64,000 nt of DNA, from assembly GCA_035310145.1 (NCBI GenBank), contig DATGEL010000030.1, positions 3,419-67,418 of the forward strand, in the 5' to 3' direction. The first letter of the stretch is position 1. Each line of letters starts with the position of its first letter. Source of the stretch: Dehalococcoidia bacterium (GTDB taxonomy: Bacteria; Chloroflexota; Dehalococcoidia; CAUJGQ01). The position numbers and the translations under genes are program-made. The notes below the pieces were generated by a model that had not been told where the DNA came from, did not search any database, and saw only the letters and a list, made by a program, of their open reading frames with translations. Positions 42,537 through 51,599 of this stretch are shown here, one piece after another.

Positions 42537-43892
42537 CTACGGCCGCTGCAGATAGGTGCTCACCACCCAGCCGCGGTTGTCCAGCCGGTACCAGGTGTAG
42601 CCATCGGCCTGCACGGGGCCGTCCATGACCGTGCCCGTGGTGCCGTCCGGCACGCAGTCGACGATCGTGCCGTTGAGCGACGGCGCGTCGTGCACGTTGA
42701 GGCAGTCGTCGGCGCCTGCCGTCATGACCGTATCGCCCACGGCGTAGGCGACGCCGTTCGGCAGCTCGGGCTGCGGCGTGGCGGCCGCACCCGCACTGGC
42801 CGGCGGTGGCGCGGGCGGCGCGGCGGCCGGCGTCGCCGCCGGTGAGGGCGCCGGTGTTGGCGATGCAGCCGGTGGGGCTGCCGGCGAGGGCGACGGCGCC
42901 GGGGTGGGCGAAGCGGCCGCGGCCGGGCTGCTGGCCGCGGCCGGCGGCGAGGCGATCGAGCTGCCGCCGTTGATCGCCTGCAGGTAATCGGCCACGCTCC
43001 AGCCGAGGTCGCCCAGCTTCCACCAGGTGTAGCCTTCGGCCGTTTGCGGGCCGTCGGTGATCACCGACTGCGAGCCGTCGGGCAGGCAGTAGACCGTATT
43101 CGCGCTCGTGGTCGGGCTGCTGTGCACGCGCAGGCAGTCGCCCGTGCCGCTGACGACGACGGCCGCGCCCACACCGAGCGGACCGTTCTGCCGCGGCGAG
43201 CCGATCGTGGCCCCGCCGGTGCTGGTGGTCGCGGCGGAGGTGAGCGTCGTGCCGCTGCGGGCGGGCGTGGTAGCAGGCGCAGCGCTGGGACCGTTCTGCG
43301 AGACGACGTGGCAGCCGGGGCCGGAGCCGTTGCAGGCCCACTGGTTGTAGGTCGCGTTGCCCGCGGGCAGGCTCACGCCCTCCAGCGGCAGCCCGTCCGG
43401 CAGGGCGAAGGGCACGGGCGCACGGTCGCCGTCCACGATGCGGTAGAGCTGCAAATGAATGTGCGCGGTGCCGTTGTTGCCGACCGTGCCCGGCGCGCCG
43501 ACCGTGCCCAGCGCCTGGCCGCCGGAGACATGCTCGCCGTTGCCGTAGCTGTGATTGAGGATGATGTGGCAGAGCATCTCGTGCAGGCCGCCGCCGTCGT
43601 CGATCTGGATGCCGATGCAGCCGTTGTTGCTGCCGGGCGGATAGGCCCAAACGACGGTGCCGGCGGCCGGCGCCAATGCCGGAGAGCCGGAGGTCTTGCC
43701 GTCGTCGCGGGTGAGGTCGAGGGAGTAGCGTTCGACGCCCTGGTGTGTGCCGCCGTTGTACCCTTGCAGGATCGAAACCGCTGCGCCGGCGGGGTAGGGC
43801 AGGTGGATCGCTGCCGCACCGTGCGCCGCCCGGGTGCCAAGCCCCGCCAGTCCCAGCGCCGCCAGTGCCAGCAGCGTTCTGCGAAACCGCAA
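42537..43892 (-). CDS. secreted peptidase M23 (LytM-type) with two C-terminal SH3b-like domains
   Basis: TTG 43892 has AAAGGA upstream. The signal peptide is present. The metallopeptidase motifs are HEMLCHIILNH and TAHIHLQLY. The two SH3b modules are YTWWKLGDLGWSVADYL and YTWYRLDNRGWVVSTYL, with a Pro/Ala linker. Confidence 0.85.
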   Translation of the reverse strand: MRFRRTLLALAALGLAGLGTRAAHGAAAIHLPYPAGAAVSILQGYNGGTHQGVERYSLDLTRDDGKTSGSPALAPAAGTVVWAYPPGSNNGCIGIQIDDGGGLHEMLCHIILNHSYGNGEHVSGGQALGTVGAPGTVGNNGTAHIHLQLYRIVDGDRAPVPFALPDGLPLEGVSLPAGNATYNQWACNGSGPGCHVVSQNGPSAAPATTPARSGTTLTSAATTSTGGATIGSPRQNGPLGVGAAVVVSGTGDCLRVHSSPTTSANTVYCLPDGSQSVITDGPQTAEGYTWWKLGDLGWSVADYLQAINGGSSIASPPAAASSPAAAASPTPAPSPSPAAPPAASPTPAPSPAATPAAAPPAPPPASAGAAATPQPELPNGVAYAVGDTVMTAGADDCLNVHDAPSLNGTIVDCVPDGTTGTVMDGPVQADGYTWYRLDNRGWVVSTYLQRP

Positions 43893-44036
43893 AACGCTTT
43901 AATCCTTTCGGTATGAACGCGCTGCGGTTGTTATATCGGCGTTATCCGAAACTGTCAACTCGGCGCTGTCTCAGGTCTCCTCGTTACGTCGAGCGTCACG
44001 CTCGCGTGGCGGCGCCGCCAGGCGTTCGCCAGGCCA

Positions 44037-44816
44037 TTAGCGCCCCGTGTATGCGGGCTTGCGCTTCTCGGCGAACGCCTTCGGCCCTTCCTGCGCGTCG
44101 TCGCTCAGCAGCGCTTGGCGGAAGAGCCGCATCTCCAGGTCGAGGCCCTGATCGAGCGGCCGATCCAGCCCCTGGTAGGCGGCCTGCTTTGCCAGCCGGA
44201 TCGCCAGCGGCCCCATCTCCAGCAGCGTGTTCGCCATCTCCTCGGCGGCGGCCAGCACCTGGTCGCGCGGCGCCACGCGGTTGATCAGGCCGAGCTGCAG
44301 CGCCTCCTGCGCCGTGAGCTGTGTGCCCATCAGGATCAGTTCCAGCGCCCGTGCCAGCGGCAGGGCGCGGGGCAGGCGCTGCGTGCCGCCCGCGCCGGGG
44401 ATCAGGCCCCAGCGCACCTCGGGCTGGCCGAAGCGCGCCGTCTCGGCCGCCACGCGCAGGTCGCAGGCCAGTGCCAGCTCCAGCCCGCCGGCCAGGGCGT
44501 AGCCGTTGATCGCGCCGATGATCGGCTTCCAGCAGGCGAAGTCGCGGGTGATGCCGCCCAGGCTGAAGGTCGTGAGCTTGTCCGCCCTGGCCAGGTTGGA
44601 GAGATGGGGAATCAGCGCCTTCAGGTCGGCGCCCGAACAGAAGGCGCGATCGCCCGCGCCGGTGAGGATCGCCACCCACAGCTCCGGATCGTCGCGGAAG
44701 TCGTGGAAGGCGTGCGACAGCTCGTCGTTGGTCTCGGGGTCGATCGCGTTGAGCGCATCCGGCCGGTTGATCGTGACGTAGGCGATGCGCCCCTTCTTTT
44801 CGTAGAGGATGGCCAT
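44037..44816 (-). CDS. enoyl-CoA hydratase/isomerase
   Basis: Start at MAILYEKKGRIAYVTINRP (ATG 44816, AGGAG upstream). Crotonase motifs are LTGAGDRAFCSGADL and GGGLELALACD. Confidence 0.9.
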   Translation of the reverse strand: MAILYEKKGRIAYVTINRPDALNAIDPETNDELSHAFHDFRDDPELWVAILTGAGDRAFCSGADLKALIPHLSNLARADKLTTFSLGGITRDFACWKPIIGAINGYALAGGLELALACDLRVAAETARFGQPEVRWGLIPGAGGTQRLPRALPLARALELILMGTQLTAQEALQLGLINRVAPRDQVLAAAEEMANTLLEMGPLAIRLAKQAAYQGLDRPLDQGLDLEMRLFRQALLSDDAQEGPKAFAEKRKPAYTGR

Positions 44817-45100
44817 GCTGCACGCTCCTGCGACGCTGGCTCGCCGGCCGGCGGCCGGGGCCATGCTACCATATGCCTGATCCTGACTTCGCACGCGAAG
44901 TCTGCCCCTTCCCTTCATGTCATGCGTCAAGAGGAAGGGTGGGGTTCGAGGGCTGCCGGCGGGCCTCAGCCGCCAACGACGTAGGCCGGCCGGCCGATAG
45001 CCGTTGGCGGCGGTTCCAGGCCAACCGATCGTCCTCAGAGAAACGCCTCCCTGCGGGGGAGGGGACAGCCGAGCGTTTGGGCGAGGCAGGGGTAGCAACC

Positions 45101-45928
45101 ATGCCGCACGTGCGGCTCGCGGATTGTTCGCTGGCGTTTGCGGAGCGCGGCGCCGGCCCGCCCCTGCTGCTGCTCATGGGGTTGGGCGGCAGCCACCGCT
45201 CCTGGGGCGAGCCGTTCCTGACGGCACTGGGACGCGGTTTCACACTGTTCGCGCTGGACCACCGCGGCACCGGCGGCTCGACGCGCGGCACGGCGCCGTA
45301 CACGATCGCGCAACTCGCCGACGATGCGGCGGCCGCGCTGCAGGCGCTCGGCCTGGCGCGGGCGCATGTGCTCGGCCTCTCGATGGGCGGCATGGTGGCG
45401 CAGGAGCTGGCGCTGCGGCAGCCCGCGCGCCTGGCCGGGCTGGTGCTCGCTTCTACCACCTGCGGCGGGCCGCACGCCGTCTGGCCGGGTGCAGACGGGC
45501 GCCGGCGTTTCGCCGAGGGGCTGCGCCTGGGCGAGTCGCTGTGGCCGGCGGTGGTGGCCGACGAGTTCGCGGCGGCGAACCGCCCCTTTCTGGCCCGTAT
45601 CGCCTTCGACACGCTTGCCGCCGGCACCCCGCCGAGCGTCTTCGCCGAGCAGGCCCGCGCGATCGCCCGCTTTTCGACCTGGGAGCGCCTGCCGCTGATC
45701 ACGGCGCCGACACTGGTGCTTGCCGGCGACGGCGATCGGCTGATTCCGCCGGCCAACGCGCGCCTGATCGCCAGCCGCATCCGCGGCGCGGAAGGGGCGT
45801 TCGTGCGCGGCACGGGACACTGTTTCGTCTGGGAAGCGCCGGAGCGCGCCGCCGCCGAGATCAGCCGCTTTTTGGCGCGGCGGGGGCAATCACTGGTTGC
45901 AGCGCCAAGGGAGCCGCTTGCCCGTTGA
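45101..45928 (+). CDS. alpha/beta hydrolase fold protein
   Basis: HRGTGGS is followed by the nucleophile elbow GLSMGG. The C-terminus has GHCF. Confidence 0.85.
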   Translation: MPHVRLADCSLAFAERGAGPPLLLLMGLGGSHRSWGEPFLTALGRGFTLFALDHRGTGGSTRGTAPYTIAQLADDAAAALQALGLARAHVLGLSMGGMVAQELALRQPARLAGLVLASTTCGGPHAVWPGADGRRRFAEGLRLGESLWPAVVADEFAAANRPFLARIAFDTLAAGTPPSVFAEQARAIARFSTWERLPLITAPTLVLAGDGDRLIPPANARLIASRIRGAEGAFVRGTGHCFVWEAPERAAAEISRFLARRGQSLVAAPREPLAR

Positions 45929-46935
45929 CCGGCCGCAGCACCCGCCGCAGCCTTGCCGCGGAAGGCGAGCGCCTCGCGCTGCCCGACGGCTTCAGCGTCG
46001 ATCAGGGCGCGATCTTCCCGTGCGCGGACGCCACCGAGCGCGTGCAGGCCGAGCCGGGCCGCCTGATCGCGGCGGTGTGCATGGCCGCCGCGCACGGGCT
46101 ACACGTCGGCCGCGAAACCGCCGATCTGCTCACCGCGGGCGCGCCCGCGCTGCGCGGGCTGCCGCCGGCGCGGCGCGGTGAGCTGCTGCTCGAGCTCGTG
46201 CTCTGCCCGGTACCCGATGCCGCCGTCGATCTGGCGCAGCGCGCCGGGTTGCTTGGGCAGATCCTGCCCGATATCGATCGCCTGCGCGCCATGCCGAAGG
46301 GGCAGGGGCGCTACAAGGACGTCTACGTGCACACGCTGCGCGTGCTGGCGGCCACGCCGGCCGACCCGATCACGCGCGTCGCCGCGCTGCTGCACGACAT
46401 CGCCAAGCCGGACACGCTCGTCTCCGAGGGCGGCCTGGTGCACTTCCCCAACCATGACCTGCTGGGCGCCGATCGGTCCGAGCGGCGGTTGCACGGGCTC
46501 GGCTTCGACGCAGCGTTCAGCGCCGCCGTGGCCACGCTCGTGCGCCTGCACCTGCGCACCAACAGCTACGAGCCGAACTGGACCGACAGCGCCGTGCGCC
46601 GCCTGCACCTCGACGCGGGCGAGCACTGGCAGCGGCTGCTCGACCTCTCGGACGCCGACGTGACCAGCGCCCGGCCGGAAGTCGTCGCGCGGGCGCGCCG
46701 CCGCGTGCAGGCGCTGGCCGAGCACGCCCGGTTGCTGGATCAGCCGGTCGAGGTCTCGCCGCTGGACGGCACGGTGCTGATGCAGCGCTTCGGCCGCGGG
46801 CCGGGCCGCTGGATCGGCGAGGTCAAGCGCGAGCTGATCGCCCGCGTGCGCGAGGGCACGCTCGATCCCGCGGATCACAAGGCGGCCTGGCGCATCGCCG
46901 CGGAGGTCGTGGACGCGCTGCCGGCCGGGGAATGA
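45925..46935 (+). CDS. HD-domain protein resembling the neck/body + HD region of CCA tRNA nucleotidyltransferase, lacking the N-terminal Pol-beta head domain
   Basis: High GC3 runs from TTG 45925, which overlaps the TGA of the upstream gene as TTGA. RYKDVYVHTLRVL...LLHDIAKP is the HD motif. RLIAAVCMAAAHGLHVGRETADLL resembles the CCA-enzyme neck. No GGxVRD/DxD head is present. Confidence 0.5.
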   Translation: MTGRSTRRSLAAEGERLALPDGFSVDQGAIFPCADATERVQAEPGRLIAAVCMAAAHGLHVGRETADLLTAGAPALRGLPPARRGELLLELVLCPVPDAAVDLAQRAGLLGQILPDIDRLRAMPKGQGRYKDVYVHTLRVLAATPADPITRVAALLHDIAKPDTLVSEGGLVHFPNHDLLGADRSERRLHGLGFDAAFSAAVATLVRLHLRTNSYEPNWTDSAVRRLHLDAGEHWQRLLDLSDADVTSARPEVVARARRRVQALAEHARLLDQPVEVSPLDGTVLMQRFGRGPGRWIGEVKRELIARVREGTLDPADHKAAWRIAAEVVDALPAGE

Positions 46936-46951
46936 GGCGAAGCGTTCGGCC

Positions 46952-47227
46952 TTAGCTGGGGCTCGACGTGGCCGTGCGCCGCGACGGCCGGCGCTTGAAC
47001 TCGACCAGCCGGTCCAGGCGGTCGAGCTTGGCGGCGAAGCCGCTGCGCTCCCAGTTGTAGCGCGCGACCGTGCTGCCCGCCCAATAGTGCGCCAGCCAGG
47101 CGCTCGGTGGCAGCGCCGCGCCCAGGATCTCCTCAAGCTGGCGGAAGGTGAGCTGGATCGTTTGCTGATCTGACGAGAGGTCTTCGAGGTAGCGATTGAG
47201 CGGCAGATACTTGCGTGCTGGCGGCAT
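46952..47227 (-). CDS. hypothetical protein (91 aa)
   Basis: Start at MPPARKYLPLNRYLEDL (ATG 47227, GAGGTGGAG upstream). It is divergent from purQ. Confidence 0.55.
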   Translation of the reverse strand: MPPARKYLPLNRYLEDLSSDQQTIQLTFRQLEEILGAALPPSAWLAHYWAGSTVARYNWERSGFAAKLDRLDRLVEFKRRPSRRTATSSPS

Positions 47228-47356
47228 CGACTGTACTCCACCTCGGGACGGGACGAATGGACTCCAGGCTAATCTTTCAGAACCGACCCATACTGTCAAC
47301 CCTCAATCGCAACTCGACAGAACGTGGGCTTGCTGCCGCGCGCCGCCGTCTCCGAC

Positions 47357-47410
47357 AATGAGTCCGATGAGTCCACTGAGCCCGATGAGTCCAATGAGTC
47401 CAATGAGTCC
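47357..47410. repeat. tandem 9-mer (A/G)ATGAGTCC x6 in divergent promoter region upstream of purQ
   Basis: Units at 47357, 47366, 47375 (variant ACTGAGCCC), 47384, 47393 and 47402. The repeat lies 40 nt upstream of the purQ start. Confidence 0.9.
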
Positions 47411-47450
47411 AGAACTGAGCATAGCAACGGGTTGCGCGTGGAGGTAGCCG

Positions 47451-48149
47451 GTGCGCTTCGCCATCGTCGTCTTTCCCGGCACCTGGTCGGACCGCGACTG
47501 CTTTCACGCCGTCACCGACGTGCTCGGGCAGGAAGCCGCGTACGTCTGGCACCGCGAAGCCGACCTCACCGGCGCCGACTGCGTGGTGCTGCCCGGCGGC
47601 TTCGCCCACGGCGATTACCTGCGCACGGGGGCGATCGCCCGCTTCTCTCCCGTGATGGAGGCGGTGCGGCGCCATGCCGAGGCCGGGCGGCCGGTGTTTG
47701 GTATCTGCAACGGCTTCCAGATTCTCTGCGAGGCGGGGCTGCTGCCGGGTGCGCTGATGCGCAACGCCAGCCTGCAGTTCCGCTGCCAGGACGTCTATCT
47801 GCGCACGGAGACGCTGCGCTCGCCCTTCACCGCAGCCTGCGCACCGGGACAGGTGCTGCGTATCCCCATCTCGCACGGCGAGGGCAACTACTACGCCGAC
47901 GCGCCGACGCTCGCCCGCCTGAACGAGGAGGAGCGCGTCGCCTTCCGCTACTGCACGCCCGCGGGCACGATCACGTCCGACGCCAACCCCAACGGCTCGC
48001 TGCAGAACATTGCCGGCGTGCTCAACGAGCGGCGCAGCGTGCTGGGCATGATGCCGCACCCCGAGCGGGCGGTGGAGGCGCTGACCGGCGGCGAGGACGG
48101 CCGCCTGCTCTGGCGCTCGCTGATCGAATCCTTCGTCCTGAGCCGTTGA
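47451..48149 (+). CDS. purQ: phosphoribosylformylglycinamidine synthase subunit PurQ (glutaminase)
   Basis: GTG 47451 lies 6 nt after GGAGG. Class-I glutamine amidotransferase motifs include [17 protein letters not shown] and MMPHPER. Confidence 0.9.
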   Translation: MRFAIVVFPGTWSDRDCFHAVTDVLGQEAAYVWHREADLTGADCVVLPGGFAHGDYLRTGAIARFSPVMEAVRRHAEAGRPVFGICNGFQILCEAGLLPGALMRNASLQFRCQDVYLRTETLRSPFTAACAPGQVLRIPISHGEGNYYADAPTLARLNEEERVAFRYCTPAGTITSDANPNGSLQNIAGVLNERRSVLGMMPHPERAVEALTGGEDGRLLWRSLIESFVLSR

Positions 48150-49039
48150 CCGCCGAGATCGCGGCCGAGGCGCCGATCGGGCCGCCGCTGCCGCTGCCGG
48201 CGCGCCTGGCGCCGCAGTATCCGGTAATCTACACGCTCGGCTATCCCGGGCGGCAGTCGCGCTGGAAGGCCGCGCTGCGCCTGGTGCTGCTGCTGCCCGA
48301 GCTGCTGGCGCTGGCCCTCGTCTACTCGCTGCTCTACCCGCTGGCGTTTGCGAGCTGGCTGATCATCGTCTTCTCCGGCCGGCTGGACCGCACGCTGTGG
48401 GGCTTCAGCGCCTCCATCCTGCGCTGGATCGCCGCGGTGTTGAGCTACGCCACACTGCTGCGCGACGAGTATCCGGGCCTGGGCCAGCGTTTTCCGCAGC
48501 GCTTCGCGATCGCCTTCCCGCCGCGCCGCAGCCGCGTGCGCACGCTGTTCCGCGCCGTGCTGATCCTGCCGCAGCTCGTGGTCGTAGAGCTGCTCTTCCT
48601 GCCGCTGCTGGTCGGCGCGCTGATCGCCTGGGTCGCCATCCTGATCGAGGGCCGCTATCCCGAGGGGATCTGGCGGCTGGTCGCCGGTCTGAACCGTTGG
48701 ATCCTGCGCGTGGCCGCTTACGGCCTGCTGCTGCGCGACGACTACCCGCCGTACACGCTCGGCCTCTGGGAGCCGGCTACATTGGAGGCGCTCGGCCTCG
48801 CAACGGCGCCGGCCGGGACTGCCATGGTGCCGGCCGTGCCTGCCGCGGAGCCGGCAGTTGGCGGAGCGCCGCTCGGCCGCGCGGCCGGCATCCCGATCTG
48901 GCCGGTTGCCCCCGCGCCGGGTTCGGCGGCCGAGGTTCCGCCGCCCGCGCCCGGCGAGGGCGCGCTGTACGAGCGGCCGTGGCCCCAGGCCGCGCTCCCG
49001 CCGACCAACGAGCCTGAACACGATCCCGATCAGGACTGA
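48146..49039 (+). CDS. DUF4389 membrane protein (two internal repeats) with Pro/Ala-rich C-terminal tail
   Basis: TTG 48146 overlaps the purQ stop as TTGA. The two modules are YPVIY...[10 protein letters not shown]...[10 protein letters not shown] and RFAIAFPP...LILPQLVV...[11 protein letters not shown]. Start is uncertain. Confidence 0.5.
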   Translation: MTAEIAAEAPIGPPLPLPARLAPQYPVIYTLGYPGRQSRWKAALRLVLLLPELLALALVYSLLYPLAFASWLIIVFSGRLDRTLWGFSASILRWIAAVLSYATLLRDEYPGLGQRFPQRFAIAFPPRRSRVRTLFRAVLILPQLVVVELLFLPLLVGALIAWVAILIEGRYPEGIWRLVAGLNRWILRVAAYGLLLRDDYPPYTLGLWEPATLEALGLATAPAGTAMVPAVPAAEPAVGGAPLGRAAGIPIWPVAPAPGSAAEVPPPAPGEGALYERPWPQAALPPTNEPEHDPDQD

Positions 49040-49569
49040 GCCGCGCGCTCGGCTGCCGCGGCGGCCTCGCGGCCGTACTTGCTGCCGGGGACGTAGTAGC
49101 GCCGCGCCCAGATGCCGGTGCGCGCCTCAGCGCCCACGGGCATGCGCCAGGTGGTGACGCGGCTCTCGGCGAGCGGCACGGCAAGCAGCGCCCGCGGCTG
49201 GTCGATCGTGTTCTGGATGTAGGCTTCCGCGCCCGTGGCCGGCACGTAGCGCAGCGCGATCGCGCGGTAGGTGTCGCGCCAGGCGTCGTCGTCGCCGGTC
49301 TCGTGCAGGATGCGGCAGACGCCCTGCACGCTGAGCTTGCGGTAGGGCAGCGCCTCCTCGTCGATCGAGAGGGCGACGCGCGGATCGCGGCGCAGGTTGT
49401 GCAGGAAGACGGACGCGGCGCGCGGCGTGAACAGGATCGCGCCGTCGCGGTGCAGGAACCAGGCCGGCGCCACGCGCGGCATGCCGTCGGCATCGATGGA
49501 GCCGATGCGTACGAGGTGCCCCGGCTCGGCGAGAAAGGCGTTCAGTTCGGACGTGCTCAGGCGTGGCAT
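49030..49569 (-). CDS. pyridoxamine 5'-phosphate oxidase (PPOX)-family FMN/F420-binding protein
   Basis: Start at MPRLSTSELNAFL (ATG 49569, GGAGG upstream). The family core is VRIGSIDADGMPRVAPAWF. Confidence 0.8.
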   Translation of the reverse strand: MPRLSTSELNAFLAEPGHLVRIGSIDADGMPRVAPAWFLHRDGAILFTPRAASVFLHNLRRDPRVALSIDEEALPYRKLSVQGVCRILHETGDDDAWRDTYRAIALRYVPATGAEAYIQNTIDQPRALLAVPLAESRVTTWRMPVGAEARTGIWARRYYVPGSKYGREAAAAAERAAQS

Positions 49570-49574
49570 ACGAG

Positions 49575-49690
49575 CCTCCATTCCCCCTTCCATGGGAGAT
49601 CTGCGATGGCGGTTCCTCCAATCCTAGGGGCAAGGGGCGATCCGGCATGGAGCGATCCAGGTGGCGTCGGGTTACGCGTATAGTACGCGG
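49575..49690. repeat. element F: related member of the palindromic repeat family (CCATGGGAGATCTGC ... AGGGGCGATCCGGC ... GGCGTCGGG)
   Basis: It shares GGGAGATCTGC and (A)GGGGCGATCCGGC...GGCGTCGGG with element B (42316-42370). It lies in the divergent intergenic region between the PPOX gene and 49796. Confidence 0.5.
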
Positions 49691-49795
49691 ACCGCGCCGG
49701 GAAGGGCGGGCGGCGCGCTTTGCTATACTTGGCTCGCATGCGGCGTTTTGCACCGGATGGGCGGCCGCGGCAAATCCTCTGAGGCGAGAGTTCAG

Positions 49796-50281
49796 ATGAA
49801 CGGCGGGATCGTCGGCGCCGTGCGCCGCAACCACGCGCTGGAGCACGGCACGGTCTCGATCCTGCTGGGTAAGCTGGGGCCGGACGTGCGCCTGGCAGGC
49901 CGCGCCGTGGCCGACGGTTTCTACATCTACGGCAAGATTCCGACCGACGCGATCACCAGCAGCGCCCGCGAGGCGCTGCTGCGGCTGAAGGCGGGCGAGG
50001 CCGGCCTGGCGGTGACGCCGCTCTGCGGCACAAACATCGCCGTGGCCGGCGTGCTGACCGGGCTGGCGAGCCTGGTGGCGCTGGGTTCCTCGAAGCGGCG
50101 CTTCGAGCGGCTGCCCACGGTGGTCACGGCGGCGATGTTCGGCGTGCTCGCCTCGCAGCCGATCGGGCGGCTGGTGCAGAAGCACATCACGACTTCACCC
50201 GATCTGGACCGCGCCGAGATCACGGGCGTTTCCAGCACGGCCCGCGGCTTCGTGCACAAGGTGCAGACCAGCTTCGAGTAG
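49796..50281 (+). CDS. hypothetical membrane-associated protein (161 aa)
   Basis: Start at MNGGIVGAVRRNHALEHGTVSIL (ATG 49796, GAGG-rich upstream). The 206-aa ORF from 49661 is an upstream extension. Confidence 0.55.
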   Translation: MNGGIVGAVRRNHALEHGTVSILLGKLGPDVRLAGRAVADGFYIYGKIPTDAITSSAREALLRLKAGEAGLAVTPLCGTNIAVAGVLTGLASLVALGSSKRRFERLPTVVTAAMFGVLASQPIGRLVQKHITTSPDLDRAEITGVSSTARGFVHKVQTSFE

Positions 50282-50309
50282 CGGCTGCCGGCCGCTTGAG
50301 GAGGGCGCC

Positions 50310-50477
50310 ATGCCGGAGGAAGAGGAGCGCACCCGCCACTCGCTGAGCGCGAGCCGGGCCAACTGGCGGCAGCCGGGACCACTGGGCTGGAAGCTGCGGC
50401 GCTTGCTGGCGAACAATGCGAGCAAGATCGTGCACCTGCGCGGCTGCTGCGGCCACCCCGGCGAGCCGGGCTGTTGA
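50310..50477 (+). CDS. small Cys-rich hypothetical protein (55 aa), not in ORF track (<60 aa)
   Basis: GAGGAGGG lies 4 nt upstream of ATG 50310, 28 nt after the previous stop. The sequence is MPEEEERTRHSLSASRANWRQPGPLGWKLRRLLANNASKIVHLRGCCGHPGEPGC, with 4 Cys in the last 11 residues. Confidence 0.45.
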   Translation: MPEEEERTRHSLSASRANWRQPGPLGWKLRRLLANNASKIVHLRGCCGHPGEPGC

Positions 50478-50701
50478 GAGCCGGCGCCGCCGCCCCAGTC
50501 TGGGGCGGAGTGAGCCGAACGACCTCAAAAGAGCCACCCGCCGGCGGCGTGCCGTTGCCGCGCGGGGCGGCGTTTCCTGCCTTCCGGGCCCGCGCGAGCA
50601 CCATCTGCTCGGGCGGCCCGCGGTTCTAAGCACGTGCTTGAAACCACGCTCGGTTGCCGCTGACGGTACGGCAAATGCCGTCGTGCGCGTCGTATATGCC
50701 G

Positions 50702-50730
50702 TTGACAGCATATACCTGTTGAGGTATACT
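50702..50730 (+). promoter_or_regulatory. sigma70-like promoter TTGACA-17-TATACT with embedded palindrome TATACC-N6-GGTATA; transcript predicted leaderless for the ArsR gene
   Basis: TTGACA is at 50702-50707 and TATACT at 50725-50730, with a 17-nt spacer. GTG 50738 lies 7-8 nt downstream of the -10. The region is locally low-GC. Confidence 0.6.
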
Positions 50731-50737
50731 CGCCGCG

Positions 50738-51088
50738 GTGAACGCCTTTGTCGTCCTCGCGGAGCCCGCGCGCCGGCGCCTCCTCGACGCCTTGCTTCAA
50801 GGCGAGCGGCCGGTGAATGAGCTGGCTGAGCAGCTCGGGATCAGTCAGCCGGCGGCCTCCAAGCATCTGCGCGTCCTCAAGGATGCGGGGATGGTGAGCG
50901 CCCGCGTCGATGCGCAGCACCGGCGCTACCGCTTGGAGCCCGCGGCCCTCGCCGAGATCGATACCTGGCTCGCGCCGTACCGGCGCCTGTGGACAGGGCG
51001 GCTGGCTGCGCTGGAGAGCTACCTGGACAGGCCGGACCGGCCGGACCGGCCGGATTGGAAGGAAGCCGATGAGCGACGGCACGATTGA
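50738..51088 (+). CDS. ArsR/SmtB-family metalloregulator-type transcriptional repressor
   Basis: RRRLLDALLQGERPVNELAEQLGISQPAASKHLRVLKDAGMV is the winged HTH. The C-terminus contains RPDRPDRPD, encoded by a (CCGGAC)n repeat. Confidence 0.85.
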   Translation: MNAFVVLAEPARRRLLDALLQGERPVNELAEQLGISQPAASKHLRVLKDAGMVSARVDAQHRRYRLEPAALAEIDTWLAPYRRLWTGRLAALESYLDRPDRPDRPDWKEADERRHD

Positions 51089-51599
51089 GCAGACCGGCGA
51101 GCGGGTAACGTTCCGCTTCGAGCGGCGGCTTTCCCATGCGATCGACACCGTCTGGAAGGCCATTACCGATCCGGCCGAGCTGGAGCGCTGGCTCGGCCAG
51201 CGGCCGGAGATCGAGCTGCGACCGGGCGGCCGCTACGTCTCGTATCACGGGTCCGGCGATCGGGTGGTCGATCGCGTGTTGCGGATCGAGCCGCCCACGC
51301 TCTTCGAGCACACGTTCTGGGAGCAAGTCAACCCGACGGCCGTGGTCACCTGGCGGCTCAGCCCGATCGCGGACGGCTGCCTGCTGGTGCTCACGCATTC
51401 GCTGGGGATGGCAGACATCCGCGGCGCGGCCGCGACGGTCGCCCGCGGCGATGACTATACGCTGATCATCTCGCGCAACGGCGCCGGCTGGCACCGCCTG
51501 CTCGATAAGCTCGAAGCCGCACTCGCCGGCCACAGCATGGAATGGTCGGAGCAGGCGCAAAAGGCCCTGCAAGAGCGCTACGCCGCCATGCTCGCCTGA
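51069..51599 (+). CDS. SRPBCC-fold protein (AHSA1/Aha1-like activator of Hsp90 ATPase homolog domain)
   Basis: It overlaps the ArsR gene by 20 nt, the typical ArsR-AHSA1 operon arrangement. WKAITDPAELERWL is a family signature. Confidence 0.85.
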   Translation: MSDGTIEQTGERVTFRFERRLSHAIDTVWKAITDPAELERWLGQRPEIELRPGGRYVSYHGSGDRVVDRVLRIEPPTLFEHTFWEQVNPTAVVTWRLSPIADGCLLVLTHSLGMADIRGAAATVARGDDYTLIISRNGAGWHRLLDKLEAALAGHSMEWSEQAQKALQERYAAMLA

